NCBI GenBank assembly: GCA_000934665.2
Contig: KZ538378.1
Location: 62,001 to 82,203, forward strand
Direction: 5' to 3'
DNA from: Catajapyx aquilonaris
Taxonomy: Eukaryota
DNA: 20,203 nucleotides
Both the position numbers and the translations under genes were made by a program. Positions 1 through 10,668 of this stretch are shown piece after piece. The notes under the pieces are model-generated. The model searched no databases, was not told where the DNA came from, and worked only from the letters and a program-made list of their open reading frames with translations. Every line of letters starts with the position of its first letter. The stretch's first letter is position 1.

Positions 1-651
1 TAGACAATCTGTCACATCTAGTTCTCGCAGAAAATTTGAAGAAGGGATTTTTGTGCCCACAAATTGCAATATGGGCGCTGAGTGAGTGGTTTTATTGCTT
101 TCCAGGTAGCATTTAGTTAGGGAAACAATTCTGGCAAGCCACTGCCTCTTTCAGTTTCACTTTCGCCTTCAAACGAATTTTCCTGAGCAATTTGTGGGTA
201 TGCAGCACTGTACGCGACACCGCAAATGAGCTCGGATTCAAGTCGTAGTGTCTGTAATTCAAAAGGGGAAATATTTGCACCCCTTTGCAAAATAAGCTTG
301 GTTTGTTTCAAGACGAAATTGTTCAGTTTCAAGCCGACGATGAAGCAACAGCTTTTGGATAGTGATTGCACCCTCAAGGCGCAACATTGTAATTGATTAA
401 TCCTCCCATTAAAGTTCTTACCTTATTTTTTCCCCCATACCGAGCTTGCTAAAACCGCAGCCTTTAGCTCCACAGCATTTTGATTGACAACCACGAAAAT
501 CCGGGCTGAGATCCAGTCGGTACGTCAAATCCGGGACAAGGTCGCTAAGGAAATCAGGCTTCGACCTTCAATCCGCTACATATTAACAGGCAGGCAGAAA
601 AAAAGTATGTAAATTTATCGGAGCAGGTGCGATTAGTGTTTTTTTTTGGTA

Positions 652-678
652 GGGTGGGAGGGTGGGAGGGGTGGGGGG
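652..678 (+). other. Strong G-quadruplex-forming motif (six G-tracts with 1-nt loops)
   Basis: Sequence reads GGG-T-GGG-A-GGG-T-GGG-A-GGGG-T-GGGGGG, which fits the canonical G3+N1-7 x4 pattern. The motif is seen directly; folding in vivo is inferred. Confidence 0.7.
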
Positions 679-3128
679 TCGAAGCTTCCCAAAACATCAC
701 GCTTCATATGGCAAGCACCTCTCCAGCGCGTGAAATCCGTGGGATGGTTTTCACATGTTACATTACCCCCTCACCGTTCTGTGCAAATTTTGTGGCCGCT
801 GGTGATTAGGAAGTACATTACGGATGAAAACAACGTATTACAGAAGTGTAATGAGTGTGCTGGTCGAAACCACAAAATACAAGCCAACAGACTCGGGGCA
901 GATCACCGCACCGACGCCATTGCATTAGCGCGACTCGGATAGTTTTTGCTCTGGTTTTGTGTGTGCGAGCGAGAGAAGAGCTCTTACAGTTAAGTCCGAA
1001 TCCTGGCCCTCGCCAAATAATTATTCATGGCGACAAAGAGACGGCCCGGACAACGAACTGGGGTCAGCAGAAAATAAACAGCGGCAATTAATTTTGGCAG
1101 CGGTCCGCTTGAAAGTTCAGTAGCGACCAGGAATTTGCACAGTACACATTCGCCAACTTTGCTCCAATATGGATTGTTTGGATGTAGTGAGGCGGAAAAT
1201 GCGGCTGAAATGAGACAATTCATGCGTCAGTTGCAGGAAGTATGTGGCCTATTACATCAGCACAAGGTAAGAACGGAGATATTGCCTACAAGCATATTTT
1301 TTATCAATTAGCGCTCAAGTTTCTGAAGAGTTGCTAGCAGTATATAGGCCTAATGATGCGAATTTAGGATCATTATCGGATCATCCATTAGTGACAGTCT
1401 CTTGCACTGGCTTCCTGATGCGACGGACTCTCCTGCATTCCCGTGGTCTCATATTCGCCGCTTTCCACATTCGACATGCAATACTGCTGTGTATGGAGGA
1501 GGAGTTAATCGGAAAGGGTGGCGTCGACTGGAGCCAACGAAGGCAATTTTTTCCACCTGACGTGCCTCATTGGTATGTGATCATGCGTGTGTGTCGAGAC
1601 AGAAAAGAGACATTGCTGGAGCTATGTGACGAGGTTATACTAGTAGATATCCCATATATACATGAAGCATTTTTCATGCCTTTGAAGATTGGCTCCCACC
1701 GAACGGGGCCAATCTGTTCCGAAATTAAGAGTGACAAGGCACGTCCTTGTTGCTAATTTCCTCCTTTTCCTGCTACCAGTATGGTTTCTTGGCGTCCGAC
1801 AGGCGTCGTCGAAGTCGAGCAGGATGGCAAGGTGGTGCAAAAGGAAGGAAGGAATGGGGGGCCCGAGCCATTTCCTACTCCTCCACTTCCTGCCCCAGCC
1901 GTATTTTCCGAGAGAAGTAATTCAATTAAAAGTTTTCGACAAGGGCGGCCGATCAGGAGGGATTTACATAACCAACTAAGGAGAGAGATCTGGATGATGA
2001 GACATCCAACTCATCAGTTGGTAGTTTCGGGGCTGATGCTGGTGGATGGGGGAAAACCTTGGGTGACACACCTTGCTTCATTCGATGAACCTAAACACAT
2101 ACAGGGGGAGATATAAGGTGTTTGAGCATATTTGCTGATTTGGGCAGCTGGCAAGAGGAATATTCCGCTGCTGGTTGGGATGAGATTGTGGGCCGATCAG
2201 ATCGTCATCTAAGCCTCGGATGCTAGAGAATTTCTGAGGTGAAATTTATTTTGGCAATTTCAGTAATATTCACGTTATTCCCATGCAGGAATTTGCCAAC
2301 ATTTTTTGCAGAAAAATTTGGCAGCGATGCGATATACCGTGTCGAGTAATTAGTATGCATTTCCTATAGTACTGTGCAGTGTTGGTCTAGGGCCTGCCTA
2401 ATTAAAACTGCAGGTGATGAGAATATTTGCATTCGACTTATTGTATAATATGAAGATGCCCTTAGGAACTGGATGGTGAATGTAACTTTTGTTCCGAACT
2501 AGGCCACTATTGGCGGCTCCTGGCATGTTTCCGTAGCCTCGTCAAACATTCTCGGTAGCTCTATATGTGCGCTTTTAGCAGGATGAATTATGTCTCGGTT
2601 ACGTAGCATTTGTACCAGCAGCAGTATTTTGCGAATGAACTGCACAATCGCAAAGGGAAGTTGATTTGAAACACCAGATAATCTCGGGTAAAGGTCTATC
2701 TTATTCGCAATGACTATAGGAACAGTAATTATAAACGATGTAATATACATACAGTGTACATTTTAATTATTGTTTGTTGGTGTCGAAGAGTATTTGAGGC
2801 TTTCCCCCAGCACGTGGTAAATGTAGTATAACTTATTTCCTGTTGTAGGGTACAGTATGGCCGTTCAATTGATTGCTTGAAAATGTTTCAATGGTAGAGT
2901 GTTTTCTGGCTACACTGAAGTCAGTATAGTAGCTGGTAAGTGTTAATCCACAATAATACGTAAAACATCACTGGGCATGTGTACTGCTAACTTTTAACAA
3001 TATGTGAAATATATTAAGGATTAAGTGGCTTGTTAACTTCATGTGCCATTGCTACAGATACAAGCAATTTATATATAATTTCTGGTGCAGTATGAGAGCA
3101 TATGCTGTTGTTTTTTGAGTGTTCAGTT

Positions 3129-3320
3129 GAAACGATGCTATTTTAAAAAGCGTCTTACACAAAAAATTTATACCAGTTTTGAATGTCTCACCTGTGAAAT
3201 TAATGCCCCTTTTAGGTCATTTATGGTAGAAGTATGCAGACTTCGCAAGTTTAATTTTAGATGAATGAAGTACGATCCTTTGGGTATCCTGGGCTGACAC
3301 ATTATTGCATAACACCGTCC
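3129..3320 (+). mobile_element. Degraded second copy of the ~240-bp MITE at 8493-8732
   Basis: 3190-3285 (acctgtgaaattaat...ggtcatttatggtagaagtatgcagacttcgc...tgaatgaagta...tcctttgggt) aligns with 8562-8660. The right TIR gggctgacacattattgcataacaccgtcc (3291-3320) matches 8703-8732 and is followed by AATT. The left end (agtt|gaaacgatgctatt, 3125-3142) is only a degenerate TIR match, so the start coordinate is approximate. Confidence 0.8.
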
Positions 3321-5155
3321 AATTATGCTAACAGTAACGGTAAAATTATTACTGAGCAGCAACTCTCAACACTTTCCGAGACGCTGAGCTGGCCTGGCCC
3401 CTTCTTGAACTACAACCGACTGACCACGCCCGCCTCAACGGTTATCCAACGAAACCGGCTGACTGCCACGTCGTAATGACTAGCGACGTTAAGTTAGATT
3501 GCCCTCCCTGCTAATATGTATGACCTCCTCGGTTTCGACAAGCGGTGCATCTCATCGGATGGGATTTGCAGTCCCTAAGACTCCCGAATTTTTCTTCTTC
3601 CTTCTTCCTTCCTTCCTCCTTGCGTCGGATTAATTAGCTTGCAAGTCCTGGCAGCAGGAAAGACGGGAGGGAGAGGCGGGGATAAAGTAGGTGGAGGGGA
3701 GGAAAGAGGGGTGGGGGGAGACATTTAATTACATCTTCTCCCGGCGGCGAGTCCTCCTAACAATCCGGAATCGAGGCGAGTTTGTTGGGCAAAAAGGCGT
3801 TGGTCGTCAGTCGAAGGCGAAGGGGGAATAATAAAGTCGAGCCGGGGAGACGGCGTGATTACTCAAATGCGGTAAACTTCCGCGTAAGGTATAATTCCGC
3901 CGTCAGCATTTACTCTGGAGGGTCCTTCTGGTCCGCTGGACTCCATTTGCAGCGACGAAACCTACCACCACCATATATAGTACATAAGTATATAGGCCGC
4001 TAAATTACCACTCTTGCTAGGGGAACAAGCATTTAAGAGCGAGGTTTCATATTTCCTCTCTGTTTGCACTGGCCAATGGTTCCGCCGAGGACCCATATTT
4101 TACCGATAACTGTTTAAAAACAAGTCAGAATTAGAACGGGGGAGCAGGCCTTCTGCTGTCGCCATCGATTTTCAAAGCAAATACAAACCCACCACCCTCA
4201 CCCTCTCTTCCAGACACGATCGCCACACATACCCGGGTCCACCTTTTCTCTCCGGGATGTACAGTTCCTTTAGGGGGGAGGTGAAAATGGTTGAGTCAAT
4301 CCCTGAACTCAGGGTTTTGTGGGATTTTTTTCTGCTGTCGTTTTTTGGGGGGGAGGCTGGTTAATGAAAATGCTGAGCACAGCTGCTGAAAGAAATTAGG
4401 CTCGGTTGCCTGCCGATGAAATGTGGGTTTAAGTGTGAAAATGTGCTATTTAAATTGGCTCAGGGTCCGTTTGATAGGCTGGAGTCACGCTCAACCCTCG
4501 AGTATATAGAATGTACGCATCAGCAATGTGGCCAGACTTGATCATCTAGCTTCACTCACTTTCAAAACAGAAGACGTTCTCTAAATGGAGACTTGTAAGA
4601 AAGAAAGTCCTATTTGGCAACGTGGTGCTCCCGCCATTTTGGGCCCCTTTTCCTTCCTGTCTCCAGAGTTATTGGAAGGCAAGATTGAGGCCCCAGAAAT
4701 CAACCTGCCAGGAAAATCTGCTCGTCTTTTGGACCGCATTGTTTCCTGGGATTTCATCAGCGAAGAATGAGGTATTATTGCGGGCAGGGTCGCAGTGCAG
4801 CAGCAGACTTTTGCCTTTGGTTCCTTCCTTTCCTTCCCTCCCGTCAGCAGAAATGAATCTCCTTTCCAGCTTTCTTTGAATCCGCTATTGAGTCTTTATG
4901 CTCCCTTTGTAAGGCACAAATGAGTTTACCGAGGGGCGTGGCAGAAATTGCTGGAGTTTAATACTAATTTTTGGCAAAGTTTTGAAGGCGGGAAGTTTGA
5001 AGAGGCATCGTCGCCAGCCCGCAAAAATATGAGGCCGAGGAGTGCTAATCAGCGGAAAAGGAAGTTGCGTCTTGAAGGCTCATATTGTGTTACAAGCAGA
5101 GCAGACGGCGCCCTTTTCAGGAAAGCCAGGTGAAAACTGACACAAGCAAAAGACT

Positions 5156-5188
5156 GGGGGGTTGGAAGGGGGTGGGTAAGGGTAGGGG
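5156..5188 (+). other. G-quadruplex-competent tract
   Basis: G-runs at 5156-5161, 5168-5172, 5174-5176, 5180-5182 and 5185-5188 with loops of 1-6 nt. Confidence 0.55.
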
Positions 5189-6860
5189 AGGAGAAGAACA
5201 AAATGGAATCGAAGCACAAAGGGAAAAGCCCAAGATCGCTTGGAGGAAATAAAGAGGTGGTTGGATTTTGAGGAAGAATGGCGGAGGAACCTGAGCACAC
5301 AACAGCCAGCCCTTGTAATAGCTCTATAATCATGTCTGTCTGGTCCTCGTGTAGGCTTCCAACTTTGCCTTTTCCCAGTTCGGCACAAACTCTGTCTTGA
5401 AGAGTCGCTGCTGCATGGAGGGGGGTTCAAAGTCTAACCATGGGAATAAAAGAGGGATGGAGTTTCAAATTCTTAGCCATTTATCAAGTTTTGGCTTGCG
5501 TTACTGCACTTTCTGCAAGTTATTCCTCGCGTGTCTGTTGTGGACTGAATAAGAGCGGCTAAACTGTTGTCTCGACTGCCAAAGTTAGCGTGGACGCTAC
5601 CAACTTTTGTGACAGGCCAGCCCGACAACAACTTACGCGCAAAATGTGTGCAAACTACGAAAAATAAATCCGCTCGTCGTAATGACAAATTGTTTTGCCA
5701 TTCACAGCTGCTGTTACATGCGTTTAGCTTTGCCACGTTTGCAACAGTACAGTCCTTATAGTGGAGTACACGTGTAATTGCCATTGCGGACCAGTGTCTT
5801 GGGAGAGTTAGCGGGGCGAAAGTCCATTCCGTTTCGCCCTGCCGTGTCCAGCGCCTGATAATGAAACCGGTGTTTCACCTGAACGCAGGTGCACAAAAGC
5901 GGTCCTGTTCGGTCCAGCGATCCAGGTTTCCTTTGTCCTGTTTCGCCCCCCGTGTTCGTCCGCTGACCAACCGAGCAGCAAACAGAGAAATTAAGAAGCA
6001 GTTGGAGGCCTCAACTCTTCTTCCTGGGATGGTGCACTATAGTGCAAAAAATTGCTGAGCAGAGATGACTCACCCCGGACAATCAGAGGCACAGAGACTG
6101 GATCCAATTTATATATCTAGACTTAGGTAGTGCTCCACCCTGTGTTGAGGCAAGGTGGGCGTGGGCATCGGACACGCTCCAGCTTGATGCACGACCCACC
6201 CCGGAATAGAAAACGCACCCAGGACCTAATTACGGAACATGATATTCCGGAAAATTATAGGCGCCCGGCTGCCTCTCCCTCCCCTCCTCCTCCTCCTCTC
6301 GTGGGGACCATTTCGCCTTTGGCTGGAGTTATGGGTTGTCTTCGTGTCGTCGTTTGGTCTCTCCGGGAAATCCTGGAGTCGAATAGGGGTTAATCCCTCT
6401 CCCTCACGCCCCGATCATGCAGGTCCGGTTTTATTCTTATGAGACACTGCCCTCTGGACGACTTAATTAAATGGGGGGGGGAGGAGGAGGAGGGAGGAGG
6501 GTTCATTGCGGGCGTGAAAAGGGAAACGGCCCCGATGTTAACACGGTTATGTCAACTAAATAAACTCGTAACCTGATTTAATCAGTCAAGCTGTTCCCTT
6601 GTCGTTATTCGGGCTCTTCGGACCGGGGTTACGGGCTCCGGAAGGACCGGGGCCAGGACTTTTCGAGGGGGGCGTTTCGACCCGGACGACCAATCAGGGC
6701 CTGGATGTTAGACGAAAAAAAATGGGGGTGAAATGGACGGCATCATACAGCAGAGTACGACACAGGTACGATCTGGAATGACTTGCCCATACTCTCAAGT
6801 CAATATTTGGTGTACTCTTTCATAACGGGAGACCCTGCACTTTTACCTACTCTCCTAGGC

Positions 6861-6894
6861 GTGTATCCGCTGAATGATAGGGGTGTATCCGCTG
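6861..6894 (+). repeat. Short direct repeat: 12-bp gtgtatccgctg x2, 22-bp period
   Basis: Identical 12-mers at 6861-6872 and 6883-6894, separated by 10 bp. Confidence 0.7.
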
Positions 6895-7810
6895 GGAAGG
6901 AATGTTAGGTCTTGGGGTAGGTTGGTGCAGCGTGCCCTACCCCTGGCAAATTCGGTCTCCTATTACGAAAGTCCTTCCAATTTTTGTTGCAAGGACATGG
7001 AGGCAGTTGGTGCGGGCATAATCCAATAATCCCTTCTACCAAATTCAAACCGTCCCTTTTAGAGGGGGTTCAGCAGCAGAATAGAGGCAAGGCATGCAGC
7101 TTTTAAGAATTAATTGAGGGTTAGCACGCTCTCGGATGGTGTAATTACATTGATGGGAGGGAGAGGGGGGGCTGTGTGTAGGAGCAGGATGAATCTGGAA
7201 GAGATCAAAGAATCGGGGCGGGTGGCCTCTCTTTTTTTGGGCAAAGTGCAGCTATCAATCCGGCAGTGGTGCAAGTGTCAAGCAGCCATCCAGTGCAAGT
7301 GACCCTTGGCACATATATAGACTGGGATGGGGGAGGAGGGAAGGAAGGAGGGGCAGGGGGGGGGCACTCAGGTTGCTGCCTTCCCTTCCCTGCGGGCTTA
7401 ATTTGCTGCTGCAACGCCGACACCTCTCTGCAAAATGGGCCGAATCTCCGGCAGCCAGGCGTCGGAGGCGTCGGGTTTCCGACCCTACGACCCTTCTCGT
7501 TACTCTACTCCCCCTCTCCACCGCCTCCATCCCTCCCCCCCCAACAAGACCCATTCCCTTACCTTGCTTACCTACTCAACAGCTGCTCCAACATAGTCTC
7601 GAACACAGCCAATCTAGCTGATACCAGGGACGAAAGACACTCATCGGTGTTTGTGCAGATAATCAAATAAATCTATAGGGTTGTGTAGAGGGAGTGGGGG
7701 TGGTGGAGTAGAGGCCAATCCTGTATGCAAATAACGGGCCAGATGTCTCTCACGCGTCTGTAACCTGTCGTGAGGAGGTGACAAGTCGGTTTAATTTTTG
7801 GACATGCGCA

Positions 7811-7950
7811 TTAGGCTTGGCGTAGTTGATAGCGTCGTAGCCTTTGACCTGTGCGGTCCCCAGGTCGATTCCCGAATCTGTTTTCTCATGTGGAGAGAGT
7901 TTCGACAAGTTCTCTCCGTGTTCGCTTGATTTTCTCGGAGTTCTCCCACT
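7811..7950 (+). mobile_element. Decayed tRNA-derived SINE with V-/Meta-like central domain
   Basis: Pol III A-box-like TGGCGTAGTTG(ATAGCG) at 7818-7828 and B-box-like GGTCGATTCCC at 7863-7873, at tRNA-like spacing. Directly downstream, catgtggagagagtttcgacaagttctctccgtgttcgcttgattttctcggagttctcccac (7887-7949) resembles the V-SINE/Meta-SINE core as I recall it (TGTGGAGTTTG..GTTCTCCCCGTG..GCGTGGGTTT.CTCCGG..TTCCTCCCAC). The 3' tail and TSD were not resolved; the element may extend toward ~8170. Confidence 0.72.
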
Positions 7951-8492
7951 GTTCAAACTCTACTGTGGCGATTTCCGCCTTTCTTGATAACTCATTGCTG
8001 TGTCATGTTTGGCATTAATTTTCAAATCATCTGTATGAAGCATTTATTTATGAAGCTACAGTTTAGCCTTGCTCAATCCCTCTCTCATTACCGTAATGTT
8101 TTAGTAAAACATCAGATGCTGAACACAAACGTTTTGCCTTCGTAAGTTTGATAATAAATGAGAATAATATGCACATGCAAGCAAATCAAACAAATCTCCA
8201 CTGTAGCGTGAACTCATCTTCATTCGCAAAAATGTTATTCATTGCAATGTATTGCGCTCTACCAGTTTGTGTCGACCCAGTTGCGTCTTAACACTTCACT
8301 GCACTGACAGTGTAATTTGTCTAATTTTATCAGTGCAAAACTGGGGAAAAAATTAGCCTCAACTATATACATACATCCATTGAGAATCGCCTCGATAATC
8401 CTAAAATAGTTCTTCAGAGTGTGATTTCTGCAGGTTGCACCTTTAAAATATTACCTATAGCCGTTTCAGCCTTTCTGGAATTACAGATAGTT

Positions 8493-8732
8493 GGACGGTG
8501 TTATGCAATAATGAGTCAACCCACATGAGAACAGTTTTGAGAAAAGGGCTTTGAGGGTCATACCTGTGAAATTAATTAAGTGTTCGGTCATTTATGGCAG
8601 AAGTATGCAGATTTCGCCACCTTGATTATAACTGAATGAAGTAAATACTATCCTTTGGGTGCATGTTAATGGGCTTATTTAGCTGAATTTCGACATTTTT
8701 GTGGGCTGACCCATTATTACATAACACCGTCC
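8493..8732. mobile_element. Non-autonomous DNA transposon (MITE), 240 bp, 33-bp TIRs, 4-bp TSD AGTT; possibly Sola-type
   Basis: Left TIR ggacggtgttatgcaataatgagtcaacccaca (8493-8525) versus the reverse complement of 8700-8732 (ggacggtgttatgtaataatgggtcagcccaca): 30/33 identical. Flanked by AGTT at 8489-8492 and 8733-8736. A second copy lies at ~3129-3320. The superfamily call is inferred from the 4-bp, non-TTAA TSD. Confidence 0.9.
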
Positions 8733-10231
8733 AGTTGTGCCACAGTTACTTGCCTTAACTTGTGGCGATTGTTTATCTCTTTCGAGATGGTTTCTGTGGC
8801 AAAACAATTCAGTGCTTCATTACCTCCCTCTTGAACTGAAGATTTGGGTAGTGCCCCACATTATAGTGCATACATGCATACACGCAGATTTCTGGTGTGT
8901 TTCCTCATTTTTTTTCGGTGCAAATCATATAGCAGGAATATGTGTGTGTCGCAGCATATGGGCTATGCCACGCAAAGTAATTGCTAGTCAACTTGCATTA
9001 TTTATTTTATCTAATTTTTCCTTCCCCTTCCCCCTCTTCTTCGTGCGAGGGTAAGCGGTTTTCTTTAATGGCAGCAGAATTAGAGCGGTTCGGGGTTTCA
9101 TTTCGATGATAATCTAGCAGCAAGATATTTGAATCCCGTGTGTGCTCAAGCGCCTGGGTTTTCCCTTTGAAGATATTAGCAAAAGCCCCACCACCACCCC
9201 CTCCCTTTTGCAGATGCGGGATATTATGCTGTGGTGGGAAGGGCGATAGCCTGGCCCCTTCTTTCTCCGCACTCGGGGGGCTTACTTTGTATTTTGGTAA
9301 GGGGTGGCAGCGGATCCGACCCACAAGAAATATAAAATACTAGGGAGGAGGACCCGGTATTGTGCAAAAATTTCGCTCCAAGGCAGTATTATCTGTTCCT
9401 AGGAAGTGGGGGAAAAAATGGGGAGGCTCAAGGATGCACTTGGTACACACTTAAAATATATGTATCTGTGTGGCCCGGGCTTTATTTCGGTCCCTAGAGG
9501 CAGTAGATCACAGGGAATATGGAACGGGCTAAATAAAATGGGCGAGCACTAAAAAGGAATGCTCTTACTTGTGTCAAGTTGGTCTCCCTTTTCTGAAGGA
9601 AGGGAAATATTAGAAAATGGTCATACGGCTCTCTCTGAGACTTCCTGTTTTTCCTCTTTTCCAGTTCAACCACTCTCTCTGTCTCTGTTCCCTTCCCCCT
9701 GCCCCCTCCCTCCCTCGCCGCCTCTACCAATCCTGACAGGCAAATGAGATCTCGCACAGTGTTCCCAAAGACGAGGAGCGATCACAGGGGCCCAGCAATG
9801 CTCTCCTCTTCGATATTCTGCCGGGCTGATCGAATTTACCGCGTTCCATTAGCGAGGTGAAATGACTTTTTCAGCAGCAGGCAGGCCACAACCCTCCCTC
9901 CCTCCCCCTCTATACTCTTCCATCTCCCCCCTTTCCTCCCTCCCTCTGCTCCATCCCCCACTCTCTCTCTCTCTCCACCGCCCAACACTTCCCTCAAGCC
10001 ACCTACCTCTATCAATGCCAGCAGAGTTATTCACATCGGTTGCGCTTTCTTCATTCCGTATCGGTACATGTGTGGAAACTTTAATTCGCAATTTTGTACC
10101 TGGAAAAAAAGGGGGTCGAATATTGTGCTCTCTTTTTTTTGGAGCTGATTGCACGTAAAAGTAGCCGTCCTATAGATGAATTTTTGTATGATATCCAAGA
10201 TGGCTGCTGTAGCGGGTTAGTGACGTCATTC

Positions 10232-10375
10232 AACGCAACCGAATGCGCATCCAGTTGGCGCAGGTAGTATTGGAATTATGCTCCAGAGTTGTAATTGCTT
10301 GCAAGTACACCATAAAACAGAATCCATAACTTTCTCTCCGTAATTCCAAGGCCATATGGATGCGCACTAGCGTTC
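10232..10375. repeat. Old degenerate inverted repeat, probably a MITE relic
   Basis: aacgc..tgcgcatcca..tggc..ttggaatta (10232-10278) pairs imperfectly with taattccaa-ggcca-ta-tggatgcgca..gcgtt (10341-10375). No TSD identified. Confidence 0.45.
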
Positions 10376-10385
10376 CGTTAGTATA

Positions 10386-10668
10386 GGCAGGTCACTCTAA
10401 CTTGCCATTGACGTCATCGGTTTGTTTACCAATTCCTAATCAACGGAAATCTGCCGAACGCACACTGGAACCGCCCACTTTTTCCTGATTCCATGCAACA
10501 ATGGGAGTAGTTCTTTTTGTTGACACTGTTTACTCATGTTGTTGTGTGAGGGAATCATCAAAAATCTTGAAAAGTGGTTGGGTCTAAGGGTGCGTTCGGC
10601 AGATTTCTGTTGATTAGGAATTGGCAAACAAAATGATGACGTCAATGGCAAGTTAGCGTGACCAGTGC
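10386..10668. mobile_element. Fold-back MITE (~283 bp) with long TIRs, probable TA flanks
   Basis: 10390-10463 is the reverse complement of 10590-10663 at 69/74 identity (ggtcac[t/g]ctaacttgccattgacgtcatc..tttgttt[a/g]ccaattcctaatcaac[g/a]gaaatctgccgaacgcac). Looser pairing continues inward (ccactttt/aaaagtgg, tgattcc/ggaatca). TA occurs at 10384-10385 and 10669-10670. Exact termini and superfamily are uncertain. Confidence 0.9.

Noticed and set aside
1331..1756. 141-aa ORF
   Set aside because: Non-ATG start, no recognisable domain, overlaps other ORFs on both strands; length is within chance range.
2849..2935. Possible exon between tttcctgttgtag and gtaagt
   Set aside because: Stop codons in all three forward frames; a non-coding exon cannot be supported without transcript data.
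4245..4270. ttttctctccgggatgtacagttcct, resembling part of a V-SINE core
   Set aside because: No upstream A/B boxes and the match is too short and pyrimidine-biased.
5566..5629. Loose hairpin gttgtc..aaagtt-agcgt-gg-acgct..aacttt..gacaac
   Set aside because: Heavily gapped, with no termini or TSD; could be a very old MITE core but is not distinguishable from chance.
6033..6046. Perfect 14-bp palindrome tgcactatagtgca (also gtgtgacgtcacac at 18170-18183)
   Set aside because: About one 14-bp perfect palindrome is expected by chance in 20 kb (20000/4^7).
7811..7880. Functional tRNA gene
   Set aside because: The B box is mutated (GGTCGA rather than GTTCGA), there is no convincing acceptor stem, and it runs straight into a SINE-like body.
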